A stretch of 30,167 nucleotides of DNA, from contig JBGGMM010000089.1 of assembly GCA_041288045.1 (NCBI GenBank), positions 1-30,167 of the forward strand, in the 5' to 3' direction. Made by a program: the position numbers and the translations under genes. This DNA comes from Pseudobdellovibrionaceae bacterium. Its GTDB lineage: Bacteria > Bdellovibrionota > Bdellovibrionia > Bdellovibrionales > Bdellovibrionaceae. Below are positions 8,660 through 17,568 of this stretch, piece by piece (the stretch's first letter is position 1; the number at the start of each line of letters is the position of its first letter). The notes below the pieces were generated by a model that was given only the letters and a program-made list of their open reading frames with translations, was not told the origin of the DNA and searched no databases.

Positions 8660-10087
8660 ATGGAATCGCTCGTCAAAATCCCTTCCCAAACCCATTGCGT
8701 TTTTGGTTTGGGTTTTGTTTTGGTCAGTTTTTTCTCGCAGTTGAGCTGGGCCGAAAATCCCAATTTGGAAAAATGGCTGAGCTTTCAAGCCAAAGAATCC
8801 CTGATTCGCATGAAGCGCAATATTTCACCAGCCGGGGCCGCGCCCGGAATTATTTTGGCTTCTCCTTCGAAGGTCGATCCGGATTATTACTTTCACTGGG
8901 TTCGCGATTCGGCTTTGGTCATCGATTCGCTTTTCACTTTGCCAGAGAGTGAAAAAAGTTACGTTGAATCCAGCTTTCAGGATTTTGTTTTTCTCTCTGA
9001 AAAACTGCAAAACACGCCCGCACTGACAGGACTGGGAGAGCCTCGGTTCAATGTCGATGGCACGCCCTATATGGGGGAGTGGGCCCGACCACAAAATGAT
9101 GGACCGGCACTTCGCGCTTTGAGTCTGCTTCGCGGGCTTGAGAAACTTTCCCTCAAGCCGGAAATTCGGCAAAAAATTTCTGCCATTCTCAAAAAAGATC
9201 TTTCTTTTATTCTCACTCATTTTGCTCAGCCTTCATTTGATTTATGGGAAGAAGTGAAGGGCGATCATTTCTACACGCGCTTGGTGCAGCTCGCTGCTCT
9301 TGAAAAGGCTTTGGCTCAATTTGACGAGAGCTGGTCTTTGAAAAAAGCAGATTGTGAAAATGTCATTCGGCTTTTGCGCCAAAGCCTCAATGGCCACTGG
9401 ATGCCAGAAGCGCAAAGTTTCGCAGTGACTTTGAATCGCTTGGAAGGCGCTGAAAGTTATAAAAAAACAGAGCTCGATTTGGCCGTGGTTCTGGGAAGTC
9501 TGCATTCAGGGTTGAAGAGTGGTGATTTTTCTCTTCGCGACGATCGGGTTTTGGCAACAGCCTCTCAGCTGGAGCTGGTTTTTCAAAAAATTTACCGACT
9601 CAATGCTGACAGCTTGGCGTCGCCAGCGACCGTCGTTCCTGCCATTGGCCGCTATTCTGATGACGTCTATTTTGGCGGCAATCCCTGGTATTTGGCGACG
9701 GCAGCTTTTGCTGAACTTCATGACCGCTTGGCTCACAGCTTGGGTGAGGATTCTCGATTTCAAATCACGTCCTTTAATTTGCCTTTTTTTCGCTCGGCAT
9801 TGGCCACTTCGTCCGAGGATCTCAAACAGCTGAAAGCGGGGATTCGGCTCGAGCAGAATCCAAAACTTTTGCGAAAAATTCGCGAAGCTTTGCAAAAACG
9901 CGGTGATTTATTTTTTGAGCGTTTGCAAAGGCACACGCCTGCGGATGGCGGAATGGCAGAACAATTTGGTCGCGATCAGGGCCAACCTGTTTCGGCTCGT
10001 GATCTCACCTGGAGCTACGCCGCTTTTTTGACAGCCTTGCAGGCACGGCAACTTTCAAATCAACATCCAAGTTTTACAAATCAGTAA
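8660..10087 (+). CDS. Secreted GH15 glucoamylase, fungal (eukaryote-like) type
   Basis: ASPSKVDPDYYFHWVRDSAL, GLGEPRFNVDG, WARPQNDGPALRA, FDLWEEV (catalytic acid), GRY.DDVYFGGNPW, MAEQF (catalytic base), SARDLTWSYAAFLTA; hydrophobic N-terminus ending SWA. Confidence 0.93.
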   Translation: MESLVKIPSQTHCVFGLGFVLVSFFSQLSWAENPNLEKWLSFQAKESLIRMKRNISPAGAAPGIILASPSKVDPDYYFHWVRDSALVIDSLFTLPESEKSYVESSFQDFVFLSEKLQNTPALTGLGEPRFNVDGTPYMGEWARPQNDGPALRALSLLRGLEKLSLKPEIRQKISAILKKDLSFILTHFAQPSFDLWEEVKGDHFYTRLVQLAALEKALAQFDESWSLKKADCENVIRLLRQSLNGHWMPEAQSFAVTLNRLEGAESYKKTELDLAVVLGSLHSGLKSGDFSLRDDRVLATASQLELVFQKIYRLNADSLASPATVVPAIGRYSDDVYFGGNPWYLATAAFAELHDRLAHSLGEDSRFQITSFNLPFFRSALATSSEDLKQLKAGIRLEQNPKLLRKIREALQKRGDLFFERLQRHTPADGGMAEQFGRDQGQPVSARDLTWSYAAFLTALQARQLSNQHPSFTNQ

Positions 10088-10102
10088 GTGAAGGAGTCTT
10101 CA

Positions 10103-12655
10103 ATGATTTCAAAACAAATGGCCGCCTTTTTCTTGGGGCTGTCTTTGCTCGCCACCTCGTTCTTCGCACAAGCGGGAATTGTGAAAATCCAAAATTCTCA
10201 GCTCACCGTCGATGGCGAAATCCAACCCCAGCTGTTTGGCGCTGAGCTTCAGTATTTTCGTTTGCGCGGTGGCTACGGGCCCAACCTTCCACGAGCGAAG
10301 GTGATGTCGCTGTGGGGACAAGCTTTGGATCGTTTGAAAGAAGCCAAAATGAACGCCATCAGCTTTTACATCCCCTGGGATTTTCACGAGTACGCACCGG
10401 GAAAATTTGATTTTGATGGAACTGTCGATGAAGACGGGGATGGCAATCCTGATTATCCTTCACGCGATGTGAAGACCTTTTTTAAAATGATCGAAGCTCG
10501 CGGCATTCGCCACATCATGGTCAGGCCCGGGCCCTACATCAATGCCGAATGGGGATTTCTGGGATTTGGCGCCATCCCCCTTTGGTTCCATCAAGAGTAT
10601 CCCGAAAGTCATATGCAAAATCCAGAGGGCTATACAACAAAGCTCTATGATTACCACAATGCCGATCTGCTCAGACACACGGAGCTTTGGTTTCGTGCCG
10701 TTTACGAACAGGTTCTCAAAGAGAAAATCGGGCCTGGCCGTCCTATCTCTTTCCTGCAGTTGGATAATGAAACCAATTACATGTGGCAGTCTCTCTACAA
10801 TCATGATTTCAGTCCCGTGAACGTGGATCGTTACCGACAGTTTTTAAAAAATCGCTACAGCAGTCTCACTGTCCTCAATGAAGTGCACAATCGCCAGTGG
10901 AAAAGTTTTGAAGAGGTCCTTCCGCCTGTGCTGGCTGGTTTGAATGTGGCCGAAGACCAAGACTGGTACCGCTATGAAGACGAATCCGTCTTTCTCTACT
11001 TGGAAAAAATCCGTCGCATTTGGGAAAAGCTCGGAGTTCATGAGCCCGATGTGCTTTTCACTTTGGCAGAAAGTTACAATGCCACTCAACATGGGCTTCT
11101 CCCTAATTATCAATGGCACAATCAAAAAGACCGCACTGGTCTTTTCACTGTGAATCTCTATCCAAAGACCTATGAAACCAGAGAGCAGCCTCTTTTTAAT
11201 TTGCCGTTTAAGACCGATCATGATGTCAAGGCAGCTGAATCGGCTTCGCAGTGGTACTTTGGCGGGAAGGAGCAATGGGCTCTCGGTCCTGAAATTCAAA
11301 CGGGCTGGTGGAGAGGCATCACCGTCAGTCCCGAAGCGCGACAGCAGACTTACTTGAGCGTGATCGGACATGGTCTGAAAGCTTTTTTCGTCTATTACTT
11401 CAATGAAGGCGACAATTGGGATTCGGATTGGGGTTACCTGCAAGTTCAAAAAATTTATGATGAATTGAAAAAAGACAATCGGTTCGCCGATCTGACAAAG
11501 GAGCAATTGCCGGCTGAATTTTGGAAAGGGTTGCAAGAGATGACCGATCGTCAGCTGATGGCGGGGTTTGATGTGAAGCACATGCTCTTGCTCGGAGATT
11601 CGGATCTTAAGAACCAACTTTATTTTGATGCGCCATTAGACGGAGAAGCCCAACCGCGCAAACATTTTGATCAGCTGAAAAATTTAGGAGAAAAGCTCAT
11701 TGCTCCTTTTGGGGACTGGCTTTCCAAAGCAAGCGAAGTGACAGATCCTGTCTGTCTCTTAAAAGACGTGGCTCAGCACGTGCCCAGCTCTTTGCAAGCC
11801 ATTGACAGTGTCCAGATGAACAGTGATTGGAGCTCGGCTCTGATTGGCTACACTTTGCATGCTGGTGTGAATCCAAAAATTTTGCACTGGGGGATTCATT
11901 CTGCCGAAGATTTGAAAAGCTGCCGGCTGATTCTGCGTCAGGACCAGGGATTAACTCCGTCAATGATGGCGCAAGCGCTTCGTGAGTTTGCCAATCAAGG
12001 TGGATTGGTCGTGAATTTCCTAGGAGATTCTTTGGCGCGAGAGATGGGATTGCAAATTTCTCAGGCTCAAGGACCGAACAATTCGGGGGCAGTTCGCTTG
12101 AATTTTGAAGGAGCCAGTTTCGAAGCCGCTTCGTCGCCTTTGATGCACTATCAGCTCGCTGAAAGCTCCAGCTGCCAAGCGATTCTCTTTCATGAATCCG
12201 CGGTTTCTGGTTATCGATGCTCATTTGGCAAAGGTTCACTGATTCAAATCGGCGCTCTTTTTCACGATGTTTACAATTCCAATCGCTATGTCTATTTAGG
12301 GGACTTGGTGCAAAGAGAAACTTTGTTGCGCTCTTGGCTTCAAGAGCTTGGTATCGAGCCCACTTTGCAATTTGCTGATCGCTCGGCGAAATTCGTTGCC
12401 TTTGCTCGCAAGCAAGCAAATGATGAGCGGCTTTGGATCACAGTGAAAAGCGCGCAGCTTTCGCCCAGTCAGGGATTTTTACGAGTTCAAGGTCTTCATC
12501 CCAATGGCCGCTATGAAATCAAAGCTCTGCTCAGTGGAAAAACGCAGACGCTTTTGGGATCAGAAATTCAAAAAAGTGGTTTTTCCGTATCTTTGCCAAC
12601 ACAGGGAAGTGACGTTTACTGGTTGACACCTGCAAGCACAAGGAGTGCGCGATGA
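10103..12655 (+). CDS. Secreted GH35-family glycosidase with GH42-like segments (beta-galactosidase-like; true substrate unknown)
   Basis: AELQYFRL, YIPWDFHEYAPGKFDF, VRPGPYINAEW, QLDNE (acid/base), GH42-like RQFLKNRYSSLTVLNEVH, PEIQTGW (likely nucleophile), YFDAPL. Signal peptide ends AQA; AAGGAG precedes ATG 10103. Confidence 0.88.
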   Translation: MISKQMAAFFLGLSLLATSFFAQAGIVKIQNSQLTVDGEIQPQLFGAELQYFRLRGGYGPNLPRAKVMSLWGQALDRLKEAKMNAISFYIPWDFHEYAPGKFDFDGTVDEDGDGNPDYPSRDVKTFFKMIEARGIRHIMVRPGPYINAEWGFLGFGAIPLWFHQEYPESHMQNPEGYTTKLYDYHNADLLRHTELWFRAVYEQVLKEKIGPGRPISFLQLDNETNYMWQSLYNHDFSPVNVDRYRQFLKNRYSSLTVLNEVHNRQWKSFEEVLPPVLAGLNVAEDQDWYRYEDESVFLYLEKIRRIWEKLGVHEPDVLFTLAESYNATQHGLLPNYQWHNQKDRTGLFTVNLYPKTYETREQPLFNLPFKTDHDVKAAESASQWYFGGKEQWALGPEIQTGWWRGITVSPEARQQTYLSVIGHGLKAFFVYYFNEGDNWDSDWGYLQVQKIYDELKKDNRFADLTKEQLPAEFWKGLQEMTDRQLMAGFDVKHMLLLGDSDLKNQLYFDAPLDGEAQPRKHFDQLKNLGEKLIAPFGDWLSKASEVTDPVCLLKDVAQHVPSSLQAIDSVQMNSDWSSALIGYTLHAGVNPKILHWGIHSAEDLKSCRLILRQDQGLTPSMMAQALREFANQGGLVVNFLGDSLAREMGLQISQAQGPNNSGAVRLNFEGASFEAASSPLMHYQLAESSSCQAILFHESAVSGYRCSFGKGSLIQIGALFHDVYNSNRYVYLGDLVQRETLLRSWLQELGIEPTLQFADRSAKFVAFARKQANDERLWITVKSAQLSPSQGFLRVQGLHPNGRYEIKALLSGKTQTLLGSEIQKSGFSVSLPTQGSDVYWLTPASTRSAR

Positions 12656-13998
12656 AAAAAAATTTGATCTTCGGTTTTCTGACTGTCCTGACGGTTGCGA
12701 TAGCCTGTTCGTCACAGTCCAAAAAGACAGAGCGAAGTCCTTCTTCTGCCGGCTTGGAAGATGAGATTCAAATGGATCTCAATCAAATGAAGGCTGAAGC
12801 CTTCTCTCGCTGCCAGGGATCTTATCGCCCGCCAGTGACTGAAAAAATCCCAATTTTGGATCCGCCAGCAGATGGTGGGCCAGAAGCTGAAGGCATGGTC
12901 TTTCAAGAAGAGCTTTCGGTTCGCACTTCGAATTTTTTAGATCGCGATGGATTTTATGTGCAGCCTCGTCCACGCGCCGCCGTCAATTCAATCCCGATGG
13001 ATATTTTCGTGGAAAGCGATCAACCCGGTGTTTACGAGAGAAAGACTTGGGAAGATGCCAATCCCGATTATTCCAATGGCACGATCGTGCCTCCGATTCA
13101 GCGAAGTCAAATTCCGCCGGCGGGACGAGTCCTGACCGAAGTGATCATTGGGCACAAAGCTCCGGATGGGGGCTATCCTCAGCTTTTTGATTTGCGCTCC
13201 AGCGGCTATGTGCGTTTTGCCGGCTATCCTCCGCAAATCACCGGCGCCTCCATGCGAGTGGCCACGCACCGAATTTTTAGTCTAGGTGCGACTTCCACAG
13301 AAAAAGCGCCTGAAGATTTTCCTGTGATCCGAGCGCTTTTTCTGAAAATCAAAAATACAAAAACAGTGCATGCATTTGCTTTGGTGGAAAGCGATTTATT
13401 TTGCGGAGCTTTAAGCCTCGATATGAATGAGGGCAAGGATGCAGATCTTGTGGTGGATTCCTACTGGTACACGCGACGCGATTTCGTCTGGAAGAAGGAT
13501 CCTCACACGGGGTTGATCGCCTATAGCAGCATGCAGTTTAAAACGGAAAAGCACACACCCAACCGAATCAGTGATGAAGCTCATGATTCAGACGTGATGG
13601 TGGTCACCCATGGCGATGGAAAAACAAAAAGGTACTTGCTGGATCCTCCGCCAAAGGGTCTCAAAGTGCAGGACCTGACAGAAAAAGATGGTGGCGTCAG
13701 TCCTAAAGAGTGGATTCTGGCCAATGAAGATCGAAATCCTTCGCACTATGCGGATTTCAAACCGGCACTTGGAAACACGAATTATGATTTGCGCGCCAGT
13801 TACAAAGTCACAATCCTTGAGAGCAATGTGAAAACCGGCGTGAGTCTTTATCAGCATTCTCCGGATGGCGAGTACGGAGATAACATCGTGGCAGTCTCAA
13901 CTCTTCGTCAGGATTTCAGAAAAGCCACAAGTGTGGATCAAGCTGTTCATTTCAAATATCGAACGACGGCGTTTTTCCCGACCTGGCCGGTTCGCTGA
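12652..13998 (+). CDS. Lipoprotein with a divergent OpgG/OpgD (MdoG/MdoD, GH186-like) catalytic domain
   Basis: Lipobox AIAC, then RSPSS. Colinear OpgG-like motifs: GASMR (GLSAR), EDFPVIRALF (EEFPxFREFW), ALVES..FCGA (ALLDS..ATGA), GLIAYSSM (GxAPLTSM), EAHDSD (ELHDSN/D), LRAS (RRPS), DNIVA. ATGA overlap with the upstream gene and AAGGAG RBS. Confidence 0.75.
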   Translation: MKKNLIFGFLTVLTVAIACSSQSKKTERSPSSAGLEDEIQMDLNQMKAEAFSRCQGSYRPPVTEKIPILDPPADGGPEAEGMVFQEELSVRTSNFLDRDGFYVQPRPRAAVNSIPMDIFVESDQPGVYERKTWEDANPDYSNGTIVPPIQRSQIPPAGRVLTEVIIGHKAPDGGYPQLFDLRSSGYVRFAGYPPQITGASMRVATHRIFSLGATSTEKAPEDFPVIRALFLKIKNTKTVHAFALVESDLFCGALSLDMNEGKDADLVVDSYWYTRRDFVWKKDPHTGLIAYSSMQFKTEKHTPNRISDEAHDSDVMVVTHGDGKTKRYLLDPPPKGLKVQDLTEKDGGVSPKEWILANEDRNPSHYADFKPALGNTNYDLRASYKVTILESNVKTGVSLYQHSPDGEYGDNIVAVSTLRQDFRKATSVDQAVHFKYRTTAFFPTWPVR

Positions 13999-14029
13999 GC
14001 CAGGTGTGTCGTCCTCAGAAAAAGTGGTC

Positions 14030-16750
14030 TTAGGAGGCTTTCAGGAAAGTATTGAGCTTTTCTTGAAGCTTTTGGATTTTTTCACCGCGTTCATATTTTC
14101 CACGAACATCGATTTTTCGCAGAGGATATTCTGGGTTTTCAGGAAAGAGCGGTTGTCCTTTCTGAATCAGGTTTTGGATCAGTTTCTTCGGTGTCATTTC
14201 TGGATTGTCATAAACCTGTGAGGGCTGAAGACCCAACTGGAGAGATCGCTGAACAATCATATCCCCAATGGTTCCGGCGATTGCCGGAGTTGCCATGGAA
14301 GTTCCACTGAGATGCTGTCGGTGATCGTTGTATTCGATCGCTAATTGTGAGGAGTAGACACTCAAGATGCTATTGATTTGTGCCAACCCATAAAAAAGAA
14401 AGTTGGAAATCTTTGTGTCGCCGTCAGAATCTTCTTTCAAAGAAGCATAGACTGGCTTTTCTTTGGCTTTATCTAGAAGTCGTTTATCAGCTGTCGACAC
14501 AGGTGCGAGACTGCCTGGTGGGCTGATGGTTTTGCTGATGACTGAGAGCGCTGGAGTCAGGTCCGTGGTTTTGATTGGCGAGAGGATGTTTTCGCCGACA
14601 GCAAAAATCATCGGAGTTCTCACTCCCAGAAGGACATTTGTAAAGCTTGAAAGATCCTCATCCGGACTCAGGCTGCCCACGGCCAACACATTTTCCAAAT
14701 GATTGTTAGGGGCTTGCAAGGATTTTCCGTCTTCATACAGGGCCAAGAACCGAGAAGTGACATCCACAGGCAGAGCGCTGTGGGATTTGCCATCCACCCA
14801 AGTGCTGGAGTTGCCAGCTGCCACCACGAACAAAGTGTCCTTGGAAACAGTCGAGAGAATTTCACCGATTTGATATTTGACGAATTCAAAATTCAAGAAA
14901 GCGAAAACTTTTGGCAGATCTTTTTCTGGATCGAGCTCCGCTAAGCTTGGGATTGGGTTGATCAGCTCAGCTCCCAAAGAGATGTTGGCCACTTTGATTT
15001 TCTTTTCGCCGACATGTCGCAAAGACTGCTTCAGCTCTTCAAAGAAAATGAAATCCATCGTTCCGCCCTCAAAGGCCATGTCAATAGCTTCATTGAAGCC
15101 CACCATCAGGGCATTGGCCAAGGCCAATCGCTCACTTTCGGTTTTGGGCTCGGCAGTGCCAGGCTCTGACAGTTTGTTGAATTTATGATAGATGGTTTTG
15201 CTGACCAAGGGATTTTGCAACCAAGTTTTGAATTCGTCTTTGTATCTTTGTACCATTTTGGCGAATTCGCTTTTGGTGATTTGTGCGGATCGAGTCGTCA
15301 CTCGCACCGGATAGATTCGCAGAGCTTCATTTTGCTTGGCAATGATTCCAGAGACATGAGTGCCGTGCACTTCGCGCTCAGAAAAATCCGAAAGATAAGG
15401 GTGCTTGTTGCGAAAGAAGTATTTGCGCAGTTTTGATGTGTACTGAGAGTGAAAGTCAGAATTGAAAATCAGTGGGAGTTCGCTTTTTCGCTCTTGCAGA
15501 TAAGCCTGAGCCATGGCCAAAGAGGTGTTTAAATTTTTATCAAAGCTTCTCAATAAGAATTTTTCCTGACTGGAAAGTGGGATCTCATTCAAAAGGCCTC
15601 GGTACTCTTTGATTCTGTGAATGGATTCGACAGTTTGTTTTTCGACCATGTCTGGAGTGACATCAATCACCGGAAAATCCACCGGTTTTCTTTGCAGTTC
15701 GACCTTTGAAATTTTCATTCCAAAAGTTGACGAGCGCAGATTCAAAATGGGGTCTAGGGCAGTGATGCCTTTTTTGTGGTACTCGGTCACCTTTGAGAAA
15801 AAGTCGCTGGCCTCATTGGCTTCAGCAACTGGATCCACAGAGGGCTTGTGATTCCTCTGAACACGAAATTCGACTAGATTCGCAATTCCGGCTTTGAGCG
15901 CCTGGGCTTCTGGCATTTCTTCGAACAGAGATTGAATCAACTGAACAAACAAATCGCCATGCTCAATGGAATTGAGAAACACCAAGGGGGCGGACAACCC
16001 ATTGCTTGGATCCCTTTCAATCACAGGACGATCCAGAAGAGCGGAAATCGAGTTCAGGTTCCAAGCTTTGGCGAGAACTTCATTCTGGGCGGCTTTTTCG
16101 CGAAAATCCGGTGTTAAAAGCTTTCCCTCTTTTTGAGTGTCGCCGTACGTGGTGGGATCAAAATAAGTCTTCACCGTTTTATCATTGGCAATACGAAAAA
16201 GACCAAAGGCATTGTAAGAGTCCAAAGACAGGCGAGCAAAAACAGATTTTGAAAGGACTGGATCGGCTTTCAATTTTTCTAAGAAGGCCTTTGAGACCTT
16301 GGTATCCAGCTCGAGCAGGGCTTCGAATGGATTTTTGTCTCCCAGGACGATCAAACCGTTTTTGATTTGAGAAGCTGTGAATGTCATCACTTCGGGATTG
16401 ATCAGGACTGATGATGAAAATTCGTCGTCGCCCATAAAGTCATGACCAGCACCAACGACCTGATTGTTTTCGACGCGGAACATGTATTTTCCGACCAAAT
16501 CCGGATGAGCGAGGTCGACGCCATTATCGATCACAGCGATCGGTAATGTGAAAATCCCCTGATCCTCCGCGACTCGCTGGACGATTTCATCATTTAAAGG
16601 GCGAAGCTCTAAGGACTGATTGGCAAGCTTAGCCAATTGCTGTGGCAGATGATTGGATTCAAAACTTTCGCGGCCTTTCTGTGTTTCAACTGAACAAGCA
16701 GCGAGAAAAATAAACACAATCGCAAACAGGACTCTCAATCCTATAGACAT
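14030..16750 (-). CDS. S8 (subtilisin-family) serine protease lipoprotein with very large insertions
   Basis: IAVIDNG (Asp), HGTHVSG (His), AAGNS (oxyanion Asn), GTSMATP (Ser). Start moved to ATG 16750: GGAGGAG upstream, signal MSIGLRVLFAIVFIFLAAC with lipobox. Confidence 0.92.
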   Translation of the reverse strand: MSIGLRVLFAIVFIFLAACSVETQKGRESFESNHLPQQLAKLANQSLELRPLNDEIVQRVAEDQGIFTLPIAVIDNGVDLAHPDLVGKYMFRVENNQVVGAGHDFMGDDEFSSSVLINPEVMTFTASQIKNGLIVLGDKNPFEALLELDTKVSKAFLEKLKADPVLSKSVFARLSLDSYNAFGLFRIANDKTVKTYFDPTTYGDTQKEGKLLTPDFREKAAQNEVLAKAWNLNSISALLDRPVIERDPSNGLSAPLVFLNSIEHGDLFVQLIQSLFEEMPEAQALKAGIANLVEFRVQRNHKPSVDPVAEANEASDFFSKVTEYHKKGITALDPILNLRSSTFGMKISKVELQRKPVDFPVIDVTPDMVEKQTVESIHRIKEYRGLLNEIPLSSQEKFLLRSFDKNLNTSLAMAQAYLQERKSELPLIFNSDFHSQYTSKLRKYFFRNKHPYLSDFSEREVHGTHVSGIIAKQNEALRIYPVRVTTRSAQITKSEFAKMVQRYKDEFKTWLQNPLVSKTIYHKFNKLSEPGTAEPKTESERLALANALMVGFNEAIDMAFEGGTMDFIFFEELKQSLRHVGEKKIKVANISLGAELINPIPSLAELDPEKDLPKVFAFLNFEFVKYQIGEILSTVSKDTLFVVAAGNSSTWVDGKSHSALPVDVTSRFLALYEDGKSLQAPNNHLENVLAVGSLSPDEDLSSFTNVLLGVRTPMIFAVGENILSPIKTTDLTPALSVISKTISPPGSLAPVSTADKRLLDKAKEKPVYASLKEDSDGDTKISNFLFYGLAQINSILSVYSSQLAIEYNDHRQHLSGTSMATPAIAGTIGDMIVQRSLQLGLQPSQVYDNPEMTPKKLIQNLIQKGQPLFPENPEYPLRKIDVRGKYERGEKIQKLQEKLNTFLKAS

Positions 16751-16977
16751 AAAACTTCTCCTCCGTTTTTGGATAAGAAGCCTGTAGCAAATGCCGCGAA
16801 AGAGAGTCAAAGGCCAACTCGAGAAGGGAAGCTTGGGCAGCGTGGGGAGAGTTTTAAGGCAGGCAATTGGAGAGGCCTTCATTCTTTGACTATTGTGTCA
16901 AAAGCTCCTACACACGAAATTTACTCAGGCTGGCTTGTGCTGGACAAATCCCTGACAAAACGAAACATTCAGAGGGT

Positions 16978-17565
16978 ATGAATAAAAACAGGCTTGAAGC
17001 ATTTAGTGATGGGGTGATTGCGATTATTATCACCATTATGGTTTTAGAGTTAAAAGTTCCTCATGGATCGGATCTTTCGGATCTGATCCCCTTGATTCCC
17101 ATTTTTCTGAGCTATGTCTTAAGCTTTATTTATATTGGCATTTACTGGAGCAATCACCATCATATGCTTCATTCAGTGAAGAAAGTGACTGGTGGGATTC
17201 TCTGGGCCAATCTGCATCTTCTTTTCTGGCTTTCGCTTGTTCCATTCGTGACCGGTTGGCTCGGAGAAAATCACGAAGGCTTTTGGCCGCAGTTTCTCTA
17301 TGGACTGAATCTTCTCTTGGCAGCTTTTGCTTATACGATTTTACAGTTCGTGATTATTCGAGCTGACCAAGCCAACAAGCTTTTGAAAGAGGCTGTCGGA
17401 AAAGACTGGAAAGGCAAGATCTCCTTACTGATGTATCTTGCCGGGATGGCAGCTTCTTTCTATCAGACTTGGATTTCTTATCTTCTCTATGTGACCGTGG
17501 CACTGATTTGGATTGTGCCGGATCGACGGATCGAGAAAAAGCTGACGCCTGAAAGAGAAGAGTAA
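16978..17565 (+). CDS. TMEM175-family (DUF1211) potassium channel
   Basis: RLEAFSDGVIAIIITIMVLE signature, YWSNHHH, six hydrophobic segments; ATG 16978 preceded by GAGGG. Confidence 0.93.
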   Translation: MNKNRLEAFSDGVIAIIITIMVLELKVPHGSDLSDLIPLIPIFLSYVLSFIYIGIYWSNHHHMLHSVKKVTGGILWANLHLLFWLSLVPFVTGWLGENHEGFWPQFLYGLNLLLAAFAYTILQFVIIRADQANKLLKEAVGKDWKGKISLLMYLAGMAASFYQTWISYLLYVTVALIWIVPDRRIEKKLTPEREE

Positions 17566-17568
17566 ACA

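Noticed and set aside
10844..12419. Long antisense ORFs (257 aa and 240 aa) opposite the GH35 gene
   Set aside because: They are fully nested opposite a well-supported gene and show no domain motifs.
16751..16977. Overlapping N-terminal extensions of the protease (to 16882) and TMEM175 (from 16867) in the ORF track
   Set aside because: Downstream ATGs at 16750 and 16978 have good RBSs and give a proper lipoprotein signal and the family N-terminus, so the region is intergenic.
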